DNA of 58,830 bases, counting the filler, from Dugesia japonica (lineage: Eukaryota): NCBI GenBank assembly GCA_001938525.1. It is 5 parts of 5 records of this genome, joined end to end, with 100 filler letters (N's around TTAATTAATTAA, not from the genome) between each part and the next. Parts side by side here need not be neighbours in the genome. Positions count along the whole stretch, not along the records: positions 10,205 to 27,971 come from MQRL01595632.1; 4 more parts are not named here. One strand, 5' to 3'. Below, piece by piece: positions 13,951 through 25,452 of this stretch; positions within the stretch are counted from its first letter, which is position 1, and each line of letters begins with the position of its first letter. The notes below the pieces were generated by a model that saw only the letters and a list, made by a program, of their open reading frames with translations, did not search any database and was not told the origin of the DNA. Made by a program: the position numbers and the translations under genes.

Positions 13951-15710
13951 CGATTTTAGATAAAACACAATTTTTCAAACAAAAATCAAAGTCTTGAAAT
14001 CACCACAACCAATTAATTTGTAATTTTAACCATAACGAGAAATTCGATAAAAGGAATCCCAGCCAGAAATCATTTTCAATCAAGCTCAAATAGCCAACAT
14101 TATACATTTTAAATTAGTAAGGTCGAAATTACTATTAAATTGATTAATCAAACTCCTTGATAGAATTAACAAGAAGATTATTTTCAAGCTTATAAAAAGA
14201 TTAAATCGAACCCTCAGTCTGTGTTGGAAATTCGCTCTAGTAATTAACCCGTTGCAGAAACCGTCTGATTAATAATTAAGTAAGGATATGGTTATTTAAT
14301 TGGAATGATATTCAAATGCTTTTAACTATTGTAATAAATAAAAACTCTCAACTTCTAGAAATGATTATTTAATCTAATATATTTATCATTTAAATTTCAG
14401 AAAATAATCACCATTCTTAACAATATTTATTTTGAAATTATTAGATATACTATTTTAATGTAAGCTGATGAAAATAATATGAATAAACCAAACAATCCTC
14501 AAATCTATTTTTAGAAAATAACTATCTGAATTTAATCCATGATGTTACTATTTATAATTACCGTGATATCAGGGCATTAATTAATCATGTTGTGATAAAT
14601 TAATATAGTAGGTGTGTTTTTCTGTTAGTAATTTTAACATTTACAACCATGAGGGAGTTTAATCTAACGTGTTAATAAACAAAGATGTTGATCATTATAT
14701 TTTTCATTATCTTAAGAAGTTGTTATCCATAGTAAAGTACATTATGCAATATGCGATCAATAGTTAATACATCTTGATTAGAAACGCCCAACTGATCCAG
14801 TCAATAGGCATGATTGGAATTATCACAATCAACTGGCAGTGAAATGATTATATCCGCACTAGACACATACATTAGTTCTTATCCAGTTAGCATGCGCAGT
14901 GATCATTCACACGCCTACAATTATTATTTCACATCTCAGCAAGATTAAAACCATGTATGATTTCATCACCTTGGATTGTTGCCAATGGTAACACAAACAA
15001 TTAATTTTCAAATACTCTTATTTTGAGTTAGTTATTGATTAATTATTTCAATTCATTTATTTATATATCTAAATAGTCGGCTGTAAATTAAGCCTAGTTT
15101 AATGGTCAAGAATAAATTCTTGCGTAAGGTAGATGTCAAACGGACAAAATTTGAATTATCCGACACATCCAAAATTATTTCCTTTTTGATTCACTCACCA
15201 ATTCCCNNNNNNNNNNNNNNNNNNNNNNNNNNNNNNNNNNNNNNNNNNNNNNNNNNNNNNNNNNNNNNNNNNNNNNNNNNNNAAAATTATAACTATAATG
15301 ATTAAAGTTTAATAATATTGTATTTAGCAAAATGCGACCAACTATGTTTAGATTTTTCGCCGCCGTAGTAATCAAGCTTACACCAATATGATTCGTAAAA
15401 AGCAGTAATACCCAAAATAAAATTTTTAATTGCATAAACGCGTAGAAATAGAAATGATATTTTTCAATCAGTAAAGGGTAATTTCAGATCACCAGTGAAT
15501 TTGTAGAACTATCGTTAACTTCCATTTACGCAAAAAGACCCGGTCAATTGGAAAATTTAGTTCTATTGAGTTTTTACTATGCATACCTCGATTAACTGCT
15601 GACTCTAGACCCCAGAAAGTTTTAATATAATAAGCAAAATACTACTAAATTATTACATATTTTTTGATGTTAACCAAAGCAGACTTTGTTTTGATAGATA
15701 CTCTGGACTC

Positions 15711-15893
15711 ATGGCCGACCAGTTTTCAAAAATATTGAAATTGATTCGATTTAAAAGGCGTAAATTGTGGAGGCAACAACTATTGATGCATATACTATCG
15801 CATGGTGTGATCGAACATCCCGACGAAACCGATCTCCACTGTTTCGCCGAGATGTTCACATTCCCAAACCGAGTTGATTTAGATGAAGAATAA
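15711..15893 (+). CDS. Small orphan ORF, cassette 1 of the insertion
   Basis: 60 aa, basic N-terminus and acidic C-terminus; preceded by ttttgatag, followed by AATAAA at ~15946. Confidence 0.4.
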   Translation: MADQFSKILKLIRFKRRKLWRQQLLMHILSHGVIEHPDETDLHCFAEMFTFPNRVDLDEE

Positions 15894-16055
15894 TGAATCG
15901 TTTATCCTCTTTAAAAATAATTCCCTATCGTGTTATCTTATATGAAATAAACCATTTGTCTAATTTTAATTACAAATTGTCTGTTCGGATAAAATATTGT
16001 TTAATTTTTAATCACATCTTTAGCTAACCGTAATATTACAAACTGTTAATTGTAG

Positions 16056-16485
16056 AGTGGAATACAAATGGGAAGTGTGTCTAGATATCCATTCAGGCCG
16101 AACGACATTTAAAAGATATCGGAATCCGTAAAATCGAGATGCTGGAGTTCTGGTCGACCACTCCAATTTATCCCCCGAACATGCAGCCGATGAAAGAGAG
16201 TGGGACGCGACAGAACGGGCTGCCTATTATAGTTGGTGTGGTCCGAGAAGAGATAGGGTCGCCATCCCACATGCACCACTTTCGTTTGAACGATCGGCCG
16301 AGACGACACAGATAGAACGCGTATGGCATAACGGCTCTTCGTTAGTGGGGCTCACCGCAAACCTCTTGCCCCCTACATCACAGTTGTCTTCTTTCATACA
16401 AAATAATCTATGGAGTGCGAGAAATGCGTTGATCAGCAATAACAACGAAAATGCAACGGAAGAACACACTGATGTGCTCGTATGA
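16056..16485 (+). pseudogene. Exon-like cassette 2 (one in-frame stop)
   Basis: GC-rich island after gctaac...ttgtag; reads VEYKWEVCLDIHSGRTTFKRYRNP*NRDAGVLVDH...EEHTDVLV*; AATAAA at ~16499. Confidence 0.45.
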
Positions 16486-16626
16486 ACTCCATACTGGCAA
16501 ATAAAATCTTAATAAAAAATTTGTTTTCTCTGTTTTATTGGAGTTAGATAATGATTGTCTCTTTCTGCTTTGCATTGTTTTCAAGTTATACCCCATCTTA
16601 ATTAAAATTCGGTAACTTTACTCTAG

Positions 16627-16944
16627 TTATATTTCAGTGCACTCGTCTTTGAACCGATCGCCCCGACTAAAAAATTACGCGAAGATAATGAAGATAAGGA
16701 GATCACCTGGGACTTATACAAACTGGCTAAGAGGCGATGGGAAGCAGAGATCGCTACGGCCAATGCTAAGGTGAAAANGTATGAAACTAAATGCACGAAT
16801 GTCCGTGAAGAGATGAAAGTTGTACAGGACCAAGAGAGAGTGTGGAAGTCACAGGTGGAATCATTCGCCGAAATTATCCGGTTCAGCCATGACCGCGAGA
16901 ATAAACTGGTCAAAGATATCCTTCTGCTTAAAACTAAATCATAA
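16627..16944 (+). CDS. Exon-like cassette 3, coiled-coil protein without its own ATG
   Basis: After ctctag/tttcag the frame is open: LVFEPIAPTKKLRED...WDLYKLAKRRWEAEIATANAKVK...KDILLLKTKS*; AATAAA at ~17017. Confidence 0.5.
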   Translation, partial: LYFSALVFEPIAPTKKLREDNEDKEITWDLYKLAKRRWEAEIATANAKVKXYETKCTNVREEMKVVQDQERVWKSQVESFAEIIRFSHDRENKLVKDILLLKTKS

Positions 16945-17108
16945 TTAGAACCTCTGATGATTGATAAGAGCACCCAGACGAAATCCAACCCCCATGTTTA
17001 ACTCTATATCTTAAAAAATAAAATTTTGTACATCTTAATCTTGACCTCCGCTTTTACATTATTGAATATATAATAAATTCGATTATAATAGCATTCATTG
17101 TTTCTCTG

Positions 17109-17510
17109 TTGATGTTTATTCATTTAGTGCCTCGCATTGTGTTTCCCACAAGTCTCCGCAGGTACCACCGCATAATGCGCCGCCTGCTGGTAGAGCGACA
17201 TTTGAAACGAAAAACAAACCAGGCTCTATTACGACACCTAACTCAACGAGATAGGTTAATTAAGAAAATGGGCATAATAATAAAGAAACAAAACGATCTT
17301 GCAATTCAAACAAAGGCCTTAGAAAACGAAAACAAGCAGCTATGGTTAAGGAAGGTCGAGTTCTTGAAACAATATATTGCTGATTTATCTCGACGAATAG
17401 GCAACACAAATATAACACAATGGGACGACGATGACGACATAGCAGCCTTCAACTTTTTGGTGACTGAACCAGACCAGTGGTTAGATCCAGGGGCACTGGA
17501 CTTACTTTAA
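17109..17510 (+). CDS. Cassette 4, basic/coiled-coil protein with acidic tail
   Basis: 133-aa ORF; acceptor-like catttag at 17121-17127; AATAAA at ~17526. Confidence 0.5.
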   Translation: MMFIHLVPRIVFPTSLRRYHRIMRRLLVERHLKRKTNQALLRHLTQRDRLIKKMGIIIKKQNDLAIQTKALENENKQLWLRKVEFLKQYIADLSRRIGNTNITQWDDDDDIAAFNFLVTEPDQWLDPGALDLL

Positions 17511-17766
17511 AAAATTTCTTTGTAAAATAAAATATATGAAATCAAAATTGTACTTTCTTTCTTTCGTTAATAATGATAGGGAAAATAATGAACCCGAATA
17601 TAAAGGTTTGTAGGTGTGTACCTCCCATTAAGAGAAGGGGTCAACCGCTATAAACTGAAAATCTATCACATGAACGATAGGTCAAATTCTTGAACGGGTC
17701 TCCCTGAGGGCTGTTTTTCTCCAGCCACCAACTTTTTTGTCACTCAACTCAGGTGAGATCCCAACA

Positions 17767-17860
17767 AAAATATAAAATCGAAAATATACCATTTTCTATG
17801 AAAAATGTAAAATTCAAAATTTATGAAAAAACTTTCGAATGCGGCATTTTCTATGAAAAA
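17767..17860 (+). repeat. Continuation of the 35-bp tandem array
   Basis: aaaatcgaaaatataccattttctatgaaaaatgtaaaat, identical to units at 13093-13286. Confidence 0.85.
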
Positions 17861-17977
17861 ATTAAATCACAAAAAAAATTAACCTTTTAAAGAGGACCCC
17901 CATTTTTTATTTTTTTCAAGGCTAAAAAAAGATGGCTTAAAAATTTTATTTATATGATAAAAATTTATATTTAATAA

Positions 17978-20900
17978 ATGGAACCAACAACATATCAATG
18001 TATCAAATGTAATAAAAGATTTTTAAGTAGATCGGGTTTTGTAACCCAAATGAAAACATGTGGTAAAAAAAATTATAAATTTGTGTGTCGAAAATGTAAG
18101 GATCGATTTAAAACACAACAGGCGCTAAATCATCATTTAAATTTAAATGTTTGTGTGCCACTATATTGCATCGCATGTAAAAAAAAAATTACCAATCAAA
18201 CAAGTGCGAAAAAACACTATCAAAAAAGATCACATAGAATAATTGAAGAGGATCTTACAGTTGATTTATTTGATGAACTTCCTGGAGAAAGAGTAGATGA
18301 AAAAATTATTACAAAATTGTTTATTGGTCCCGATTATGCTGATTTTATTATTTATTATTTAGATGATTGTGGAATTGAATTAAAAAAATTTATTGATGTT
18401 ATAAAAAGTACAGAATTTTATTATCAAGATGAGATTGAAAAAATTATTACAAAATATTTTAAATTTGGAAAAATATTTCATGTTAATGTTTCGGTGGAGA
18501 CAAAATATTCAAAAAATACAAATAATGTCAAAGAGGAAAGAAATTATAGATCTAATTCCTCCAATAAAAGAATAACAGTAGAAGAAAAAATTCCTGAGAT
18601 CACCCAAACACTATTAACAGATTTATTAACACAAATTAATGGGGATAAAAGTGAAAGCAGTTGGACATTAGATTATGTGGTTTATTATAAAATAAGACTT
18701 GGTCTTTATAAATCAAGGGCGGGCGGAACATATGTAAAATTACCATTTATTAAAAGAGGAATTATCAACATTGAAAACAAGGATAACAAATGTTTTCTCT
18801 ATTCAATTCTAGCACAAATATACATATGAACACCCAACACGAGTAAGCCACTATAAAAAACATTTAAATGAATTTGATTTAACAGGTGAAAATTTTCCAG
18901 TGGCAAATAAAAATATAAAAACATTTGAAAAAAATAATAATTGACAAATTAATGTTTTTGAGATTGAAAACCCAAATAAAATTCCAGAATCAACTCACAT
19001 TTCTCATTTTCTTTCTAAACCACCACAAAATGAAAATAAATGTAATTTCATTAAAATAAGATAAGGCTTCGATCAAAACAAAACAGGAAGCCTTATCTTA
19101 TTTTAATGAAATCTCAAATCCGATCAATGGTTAAGTCCAACAATTATTCTCACAATAATTGTAATTATAAATGTAATTTGTTACTTTATAAAAATTTCTT
19201 TGTGCTATGTAAAAACTTAAATACATATATTAGTCGACACGGAATGGAAAATTATTTATGTATAAATTGTATGAATGCATATTCCTCACAAGAAATAGTT
19301 GATAAACATCAAGAAAAGTGTGTTCATCAAAAACCAACAAAAATTAAATTTGAAAAAAAAAGAATTTCATGAGTTTTCAGATTTTAATTTTATGATAAAA
19401 CTTCCATTTGTTGTATATGGTGATTTTGATGCATGGACTGACATAAATAATAATAAGCAAAAACCAATTTCACTCGGCATTTATCTTGTAAGTAATCAAA
19501 AGCAATTAATAAAAACTGAATATATAAAATTCACAGGTGAAAATGTGATAAAAAAATTTTTTAGTATACCTAGAAAATTTAAATGAAAAAGTAGATGAGC
19601 TTATGGGGACAAATTTTATTAAACAACAACCAAGGATTTTAAATGATGAATGTTTTTACTGTAAGAAAACACTTGGGGAAAATCCAGAAGAAGTTTATAA
19701 CTTTTTTAGTGGAGAATTTATTGGACCAGCACATGAATTTTGTAATGAAAAATATAAAAAAATTAATAAAAATTTCTTTGTTCCATTCTACTTTCATAAC
19801 GCATCTGGTTATGATAATAATTTATTTTTTCGAGAACTTTTAGAAAAACACCAAGATGATATAAAAGGAATTATACCACACACAGACGAAGAATATATTT
19901 CATTTTCCTTTAAAAGAATTAGGTTTCTTGATTCATATAGAATGTGCGCCCCAGGTACATCAATTGAAAAAATAGGTGAAATTTTAAATAAAAATGATAA
20001 ATACCCACATTTAAAATTATTCAATTTAACAGCAAAAAAAATTGCATTTCCTTACGAATATTTAAAAGGAAATACTGTGGAAGAAGTTGAGCAATTATTA
20101 AAAAGTAATAAAATACCCACAAAGGAAGATTTTTTCAGCGCATTAAAACAAAAACATATAACTTTCAGAGAATATAAGAAATTTTTAAAAGAATTTTCTT
20201 AATTAAAAAATATGTGGGAACACAAGCTTCATTATTTAAAACTCGACGTTTTAATTCTTGTAGATTTTATGGAAAATCTTCGAGAAATTTGTATGAATTA
20301 TTACGAAATCGATCCATGTTATTGTTTCTCAGCTCCANNNNNNNNNNNNNNNNNNNNNATGAAATTTACAGGAGTAAAGTTAAGATATCCAAAACAAAAA
20401 AGTTATGAGTATTGTTTAAAAAATCAGCGAGGAAGTCGTGGTGGTGTATCCGCTGTTACGGGTGAAAGACAAGTTTTCCCATTTAATAAAAATATACTAA
20501 AGAGAAAATTTACTAAAGCACAAAAAGAAGATCTCTTAAAAATATTATAACGAGGAGAAGAAATTCCAAATAAATTTTTCGAGGAAACATTTTTAAAATA
20601 TTTGGATCAAAATTCTTTATATGCGGCATGTATGACAAAACCTCTTCCTACAGGGGATTATATTGAATGTGAGGATTTAACATATGAAAAAGCAACAGAT
20701 GAGTATAATTTCCTCTATGAGGTGGATTTAGATTATCCTCCTGAAATACACGAGAAAACAAGGTATTTTCCTCTTGCACCAGAGAAGTTAAATATTCAAA
20801 ATGAAATGTTACCTCCATATCAAGCCGATTTTCATAAAAAACTTCCACAGGATAATACAAAATTAACATTAAATCAATTTGATAAAAAAAATTATATAAT

Positions 20901-21904
20901 TCAAGGAAGCACTTTAGATTTATATCTTAAACTTGGAATGTTGTTGAAAAAAATTGTAAATATAAAATTAAAATTAAATATAAAATATAAATATAAAAAT
21001 TGTAAATATATATTGTAAATATAAAGTTCCAACAAGACCATGGTTGAGAGATAATATTCTCTTTAATATTGAAAAAAGAAATGGAGATGAGTTGGGTGAT
21101 TATTTTTTCAAGCTTTTAAATAATTCATTTTATGGAAAAAGTCTTGAAGATGTTTTTAAAAGACGGATTATTGAATTTGTTACATGTAATAAAGATTTTA
21201 AAAGAGTTTCAGCAAAATTATCATTTAGATATTTTAAAATATTTTCAAGAAAATTAGCAGCAATGCACATGCAAAAAAGTAATATTAAATATAATATATT
21301 TCTAATGATTGGTTTTGCTATTTTAGAATATGCGAAAGAGTTAATGTATAATTTTATATATAATCAAATGCAACCAATGATTGGAATAGAAAATTATAAA
21401 ATTCACTACACAGACACCGATTCATTATTTATAGAAATAATCGGGCAAGAAATTTTGGACAAGTTGTCAACATTATTTGGTAAAGAAATCTTTCAAATGA
21501 AAGATGAAATGCCAAACGCTGAAATTACACATGCAAATTTTATAAGGGCAAAATGTTATGCTTTTAATTATGTAGTAAATCTTTTAACTGAGTATTACAA
21601 TAGACACAAGGGTGGATCAAAATCCAACGACATACAAATGAAAGAGTATGACAAAATTTAAGAAAATGCCCAAGAAGTGATTTCTGGAATGAATTATACT
21701 TTAAAATCAAATAAGCATGAAATAGAATTAACTTCTCAAACAAAAATAATAATGAGTGCCTATAATGATAAAGTTTTGATTGAAATAAATGGAATTATAA
21801 CTTGGCCACATGGAAATCAATTTTATTGTGAGAGATGCGAAACATGGCACTTTAGATTAGATTTTTTATGGGAAATTTTAAATTGTCAAAATTGTGAAAA
21901 TTAA
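17978..21904 (+). pseudogene. Protein-primed family B DNA polymerase (element A), disrupted; N-terminal zinc fingers
   Basis: Three C2H2/C2HC fingers, INIENKDNKCFLYSILA, FHNASGYD, RFLDS, FPYEY, YLDQNSLY, KLLNNSFYGK, YTDTDS; split into ~8 pieces by stops, frameshifts, a 131-bp insertion and an AT expansion at ~20955-21020. Confidence 0.95.
19049..19179 (+). repeat. 131-bp hairpin repeat inserted in PolB
   Basis: 26-bp perfect inverted repeat (19045-19070 / 19087-19112); flanked by duplicated ataaatgtaattt; removal restores NENKCNLLLYKN. Confidence 0.85.
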
Positions 21905-22485
21905 ACTTTTAATTTACTTAACTCAAATTTAGGACTTTCAGCTTTAGATTTTAAAATTATTTCTTGAACTTCACGAATCATAGATTTACTTGTAGAAATT
22001 TCCTCATCTGTTAAAATATTATTATTCAAGGCCTTTTGTTGAAATATAAAATGTTTATTTTTAACCGCCTCTAATTTTACAATTAAATTACTATACTTCT
22101 TTTTCTTCTTTTGAATTAAAGATGAATTCAATGCACCGGTAATTGNNNNNNNNNNNNNNNNNNNNNNNNNNNNAGGAAGACCAATTGTAGTAATTCCTAT
22201 TCCTATAGGAGTTGCAAAAATTACACTAACTATGGCCACGCCGGTTCCAATTATAATTTGAGCCACTTTTATTCCATCATCGGTAGCGGCATATTTTGCA
22301 TAAAATTTTCGATAGTGTTTTATTTTATCATTTATAAAATATAAGTCATTTTCAAAATCTTTAATTNNNNNNNNNNNNNNNNNNNNNNNNNNNNNNNNNN
22401 NNNNNNNNNNNNNNNNTTCAAGTGTATTGGAATTTATTTCTTGCTGATAATTTTTTAAATCTGGATATAATGTTTCGTCTGCCAT
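21901..22485 (-). CDS. Polinton membrane protein with N-terminal LYPDL
   Basis: Homologue of 35164-35775; central Gly/Ile-rich hydrophobic hairpin; start placed at MADETLYPDL by alignment. Confidence 0.8.
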   Translation of the reverse strand: MADETLYPDLKNYQQEINSNTLEXXXXXXXXXXXXXXXXXIKDFENDLYFINDKIKHYRKFYAKYAATDDGIKVAQIIIGTGVAIVSVIFATPIGIGITTIGLPXXXXXXXXXXITGALNSSLIQKKKKKYSNLIVKLEAVKNKHFIFQQKALNNNILTDEEISTSKSMIREVQEIILKSKAESPKFELSKLKV

Positions 22486-22509
22486 TTTATATAGAAAATT
22501 TTTCATAGT

Positions 22510-23568
22510 TCATTTAATATTTTTTCTCTTTGATGAAAACTACACCTTTGAATAATAATAAGATTATTAATATAAATATTACCCGGCAAAATTAAATAAA
22601 ATTTTTTATGTCTTCCAACCCACCATTTTTTAAATTTTTACTATTTATTATTAATTTAAATTTTCCAAGTTTTTCAAAAATAAAATCTATAATTTCATCA
22701 GAACCAAAAATATTAACAATAATACTAATTCTACTTATTTTTGTATATCCACCAACAAAAATACACATTGGGGGAATATCATTTATAACTTTAAAATAAA
22801 GTTTAAAAGGATTAGTAAGAAAAAAAATCTTTTTCATTAAGATATTCCCAACCACCCTTTATTGTTACTTTTTCTAAAATTATAAATGATGATGTGAACT
22901 CGGAATAATATGGAAATCTATTTTCATTTTTTCGAAAAAATGCATTTTAAAAATCGCATATCCATCCTCATAAAGACTAATACCTTTATATAGTAAATAA
23001 TTATTAATTTATTCTTTTATTTTTTCTAATAGGTAGAGGGATTTATTTGTTTTATACATTTCTAAATCTTCATGAATTTTTTTACATATCGTGGGTGAAG
23101 AAGATTTTTTATTTTATTTATTTCCACCACCAAAAGAAATAAAAGATCATTTTGTTTTAAAATAGAAACTACTTTTTTTTAAAACTTCAACCTCATCTTT
23201 TATTTGGTAAAAAAANNNNNNNNNNNNNNNNNNNNNNNNNNNNNNNNNNNNNNNNNNNNNNNNNNNNNNNNNNNNNNNNNNNNNNNNNNNAATGGTTTTA
23301 AATTTACTTTCAATTTCTTCATCTTTGGTTTTTAATTTACTTTTTAATTTATTAAAAAATTTTGAATTTGCCACATCACGAATATTTAATTTACTGCATC
23401 AAGTTCATGTTTGGGTGGATCAATAATTTTTAAGGATTTAATAGTGTCACCAGTTTCGTTTACAAATCTTTTTTCATTGCTTGCATCTTGTATTCTTAAT
23501 TTAGCATAAAGAGCATTAATAATTTTTCTTTCATTCCTCGCCTGTGAACTGCGTCCATATGCGTTCAT
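22510..23568 (-). pseudogene. Fibre-like gene of element A, fragmented
   Basis: N-terminus NEKRFVNETGDTIKSLKIIDPPKHELDAVN matches 32843 ORF (NENKYVNETGDIISCLKIIEDPLDLHDAVN); same gene neighbours; stops and frameshifts downstream. Confidence 0.65.
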
Positions 23569-23989
23569 TTATTTCAGAAATAATTTCATCAAAAGATTTT
23601 TCTGGAAAGCTATACAGAAAATAAATACAAAGCACACCACAAATTTTTGTTTCAAAAGATTGAACCTGTTTTTCATTAAATTTTATAATGTGCTTCTCAA
23701 GATCTTCATGAAAAGGTTTTAAACCAAAAGAGTCAAAATAATGTTTATTTTTCGTAGCAACCCAATGAGCTCCTTTTTGATTTGAATTTTGATAATTAAA
23801 AATATAATTCATGTCATTTTCAAAATTTTTAGGTAACTCATTTTTCATGTNNNNNNNNNNNNNNNNNNNNNNNNNNNAAATTTCTAATGGAAATTTTAAA
23901 AAATTTGCAATGGAATAAAGATCAAAATTTTTAGTTGTTGTAATTCCAAATGTATTTAGAAAATCTAAAATTTTGGCATTATAAAGCAT
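23531..23989 (-). CDS. Adenain-like cysteine protease
   Basis: GAHWVA...YFDSFGLKP...QVQ...ICGVLCIYFL gives the His-Asp-Gln-Cys catalytic set. Confidence 0.92.
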   Translation of the reverse strand: MLYNAKILDFLNTFGITTTKNFDLYSIANFLKFPLEIXXXXXXXXXXMKNELPKNFENDMNYIFNYQNSNQKGAHWVATKNKHYFDSFGLKPFHEDLEKHIIKFNEKQVQSFETKICGVLCIYFLYSFPEKSFDEIISEINERIWTQFTGEE

Positions 23990-24625
23990 TTTCTTAAATG
24001 AATAATTAATGATATTGTTTCATTATTAAAACCAATAGGTTTTAAATTTTCATCAACAACTTCAAATCTTAGGGCATCAATTTAACTAGAAGATATTCTT
24101 GAGCAAATAGATCGTGATGGTCTTTCAATAATTTTATATCCAAAGCTTACAGTGTTTGTTGGAAATGAATATAATAAATTAGTTTCTTTATTATTTACAT
24201 AATTTCCCTTAACTAAAAGTCAAGTAATGTTAATTATATTTTTTCATCAGAATAATATTTTCCTGTGGTGTACTCTTTTGGTTTAAAACCTAAAAGTTTA
24301 CAAAAGAAAGATTTTTCATCAAATTTTAAAATTTTATTTTCGGGGATAATAAGTAAAGATTTAGCGGTTGATGTGTCTAAAGTTATTTCCATTCCAAAGT
24401 CTTTTAATTTCTCTGAAATTTCTTCAACCTTATAAGCACCAGGATGAATTTTTCTTTTTTCCCATTAAATGTAAAATATACATCTTCTCGTTCTACATTA
24501 AAAATTGTATTATAAACAGAAAGACAAATTAAAACAACTTCATATTCATCTTTCAAATCTAATGGTCTTTTTAAATTAACTTCTAATTTTGATCCTTTAC
24601 CAGTAACTAAAAACTTATGAGACAA
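23985..24625 (-). pseudogene. Minor capsid protein (penton-like), frameshifted
   Basis: PLDLKDEYEVVLICLSVYNTIFNV, LLYSFPTNTVSFGYKIIERPS, TISLIIHLRK; homologous to 31664-32342. Confidence 0.8.
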
Positions 24626-25452
24626 ATGTTTTTAAAATATTTTTGATATTTTTTATATTTCTCTTTTGAAATTAATTTTTCATTTTTTAATTTTTTACAA
24701 ACCGATTTTATTTCTGGGCCAACATTTTCATGACCAGCTTTTTTAGCAGAAAGTAAAACTACTAATTTTTCAAATAAATCTATTGGGAGTGCAGTACCTT
24801 CAATTGGTTCAATTTTTCTTCTTTTTCTTGCTTGTAATATTTTTTGTGGGAGTTTATCTTTAATCGTTTTATAATATTCACTTTTATAACCATGAGTAAT
24901 TTTTAATTTGTTGTAATAAATATCTACATCTTGCGAGTTTACATCATTAATTTCTTTTACATTTCCATGAATTAAATTCATTACTCCATCTGAATAAGGA
25001 ACAAGTGTATTTGGAATGATAAAAAAATATGGAATTTCATTTTGTTTAACTAAATATATTTCTTTTTCTTTAATTTTTATTTTTATATAAATTTTATCAC
25101 TAACAGTTTCATAATCGAGTTGAGGAAGTGTTGCTGCTGTAAAAAAATTTTTATTTACATTCATTTCTACATCTATTGAAGTAAATGGACTTTTATTTTC
25201 AAATGGATTTGTTGGTAATTTTATTTCTGGATTTGGAATTGGATTTATTGGATTTATTAGTAAACTGATTGGTTGTGCAGATTGTTGTAAAGCGGAAATT
25301 AGTGGAGATTGTGAAAAAGCAAGAGAAGAAAGAAGAATTTTAGATTGAAGAACGTTACTAGAAAAATATTCATTATATTTTTCTTCCTTTTCAATTATTT
25401 CTTTTAATTCTTTAATTCTTGATTCTAATAAAACATGAGTATTAATGACCAT
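24607..25452 (-). CDS. Conserved Polinton protein (probable core protein)
   Basis: 281 aa; C-terminal LFEKLVVLLSAKKAGH...EIKSVCKKLK shared with 30782-31651. Confidence 0.8.
   Translation of the reverse strand: MVINTHVLLESRIKELKEIIEKEEKYNEYFSSNVLQSKILLSSLAFSQSPLISALQQSAQPISLLINPINPIPNPEIKLPTNPFENKSPFTSIDVEMNVNKNFFTAATLPQLDYETVSDKIYIKIKIKEKEIYLVKQNEIPYFFIIPNTLVPYSDGVMNLIHGNVKEINDVNSQDVDIYYNKLKITHGYKSEYYKTIKDKLPQKILQARKRRKIEPIEGTALPIDLFEKLVVLLSAKKAGHENVGPEIKSVCKKLKNEKLISKEKYKKYQKYFKNICLISF

Larger units (their letters stand above)
13287..17766 (+). mobile_element. 4.48-kb insertion with TGTTGGG...CCCAACA termini (giant solo LTR or non-autonomous integrase-mobilised element)
   Basis: Splits a tandem-array unit: gaaaaa|TGTTGGG...CCCAACA|aaaatataaaatcg, giving a 4-bp AAAA duplication; a second family copy ends at 11327. 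Confidence 0.8.

Noticed and set aside
10620-14030. Long inverted repeat as the TIRs of one element
   Set aside because: The two TG termini face each other across the spacer and the copies are well diverged; they are independent insertions of one family.
16109-16988. Minus-strand ORFs in the insertion
   Set aside because: Likely shadows of plus-strand cassettes, which have the acceptor and polyA signals.
19106-19372. ORF starting MKSQIRSMVKSNN, also at 2206-2400
   Set aside because: The shared N-terminus is translated repeat DNA, not a protein family.
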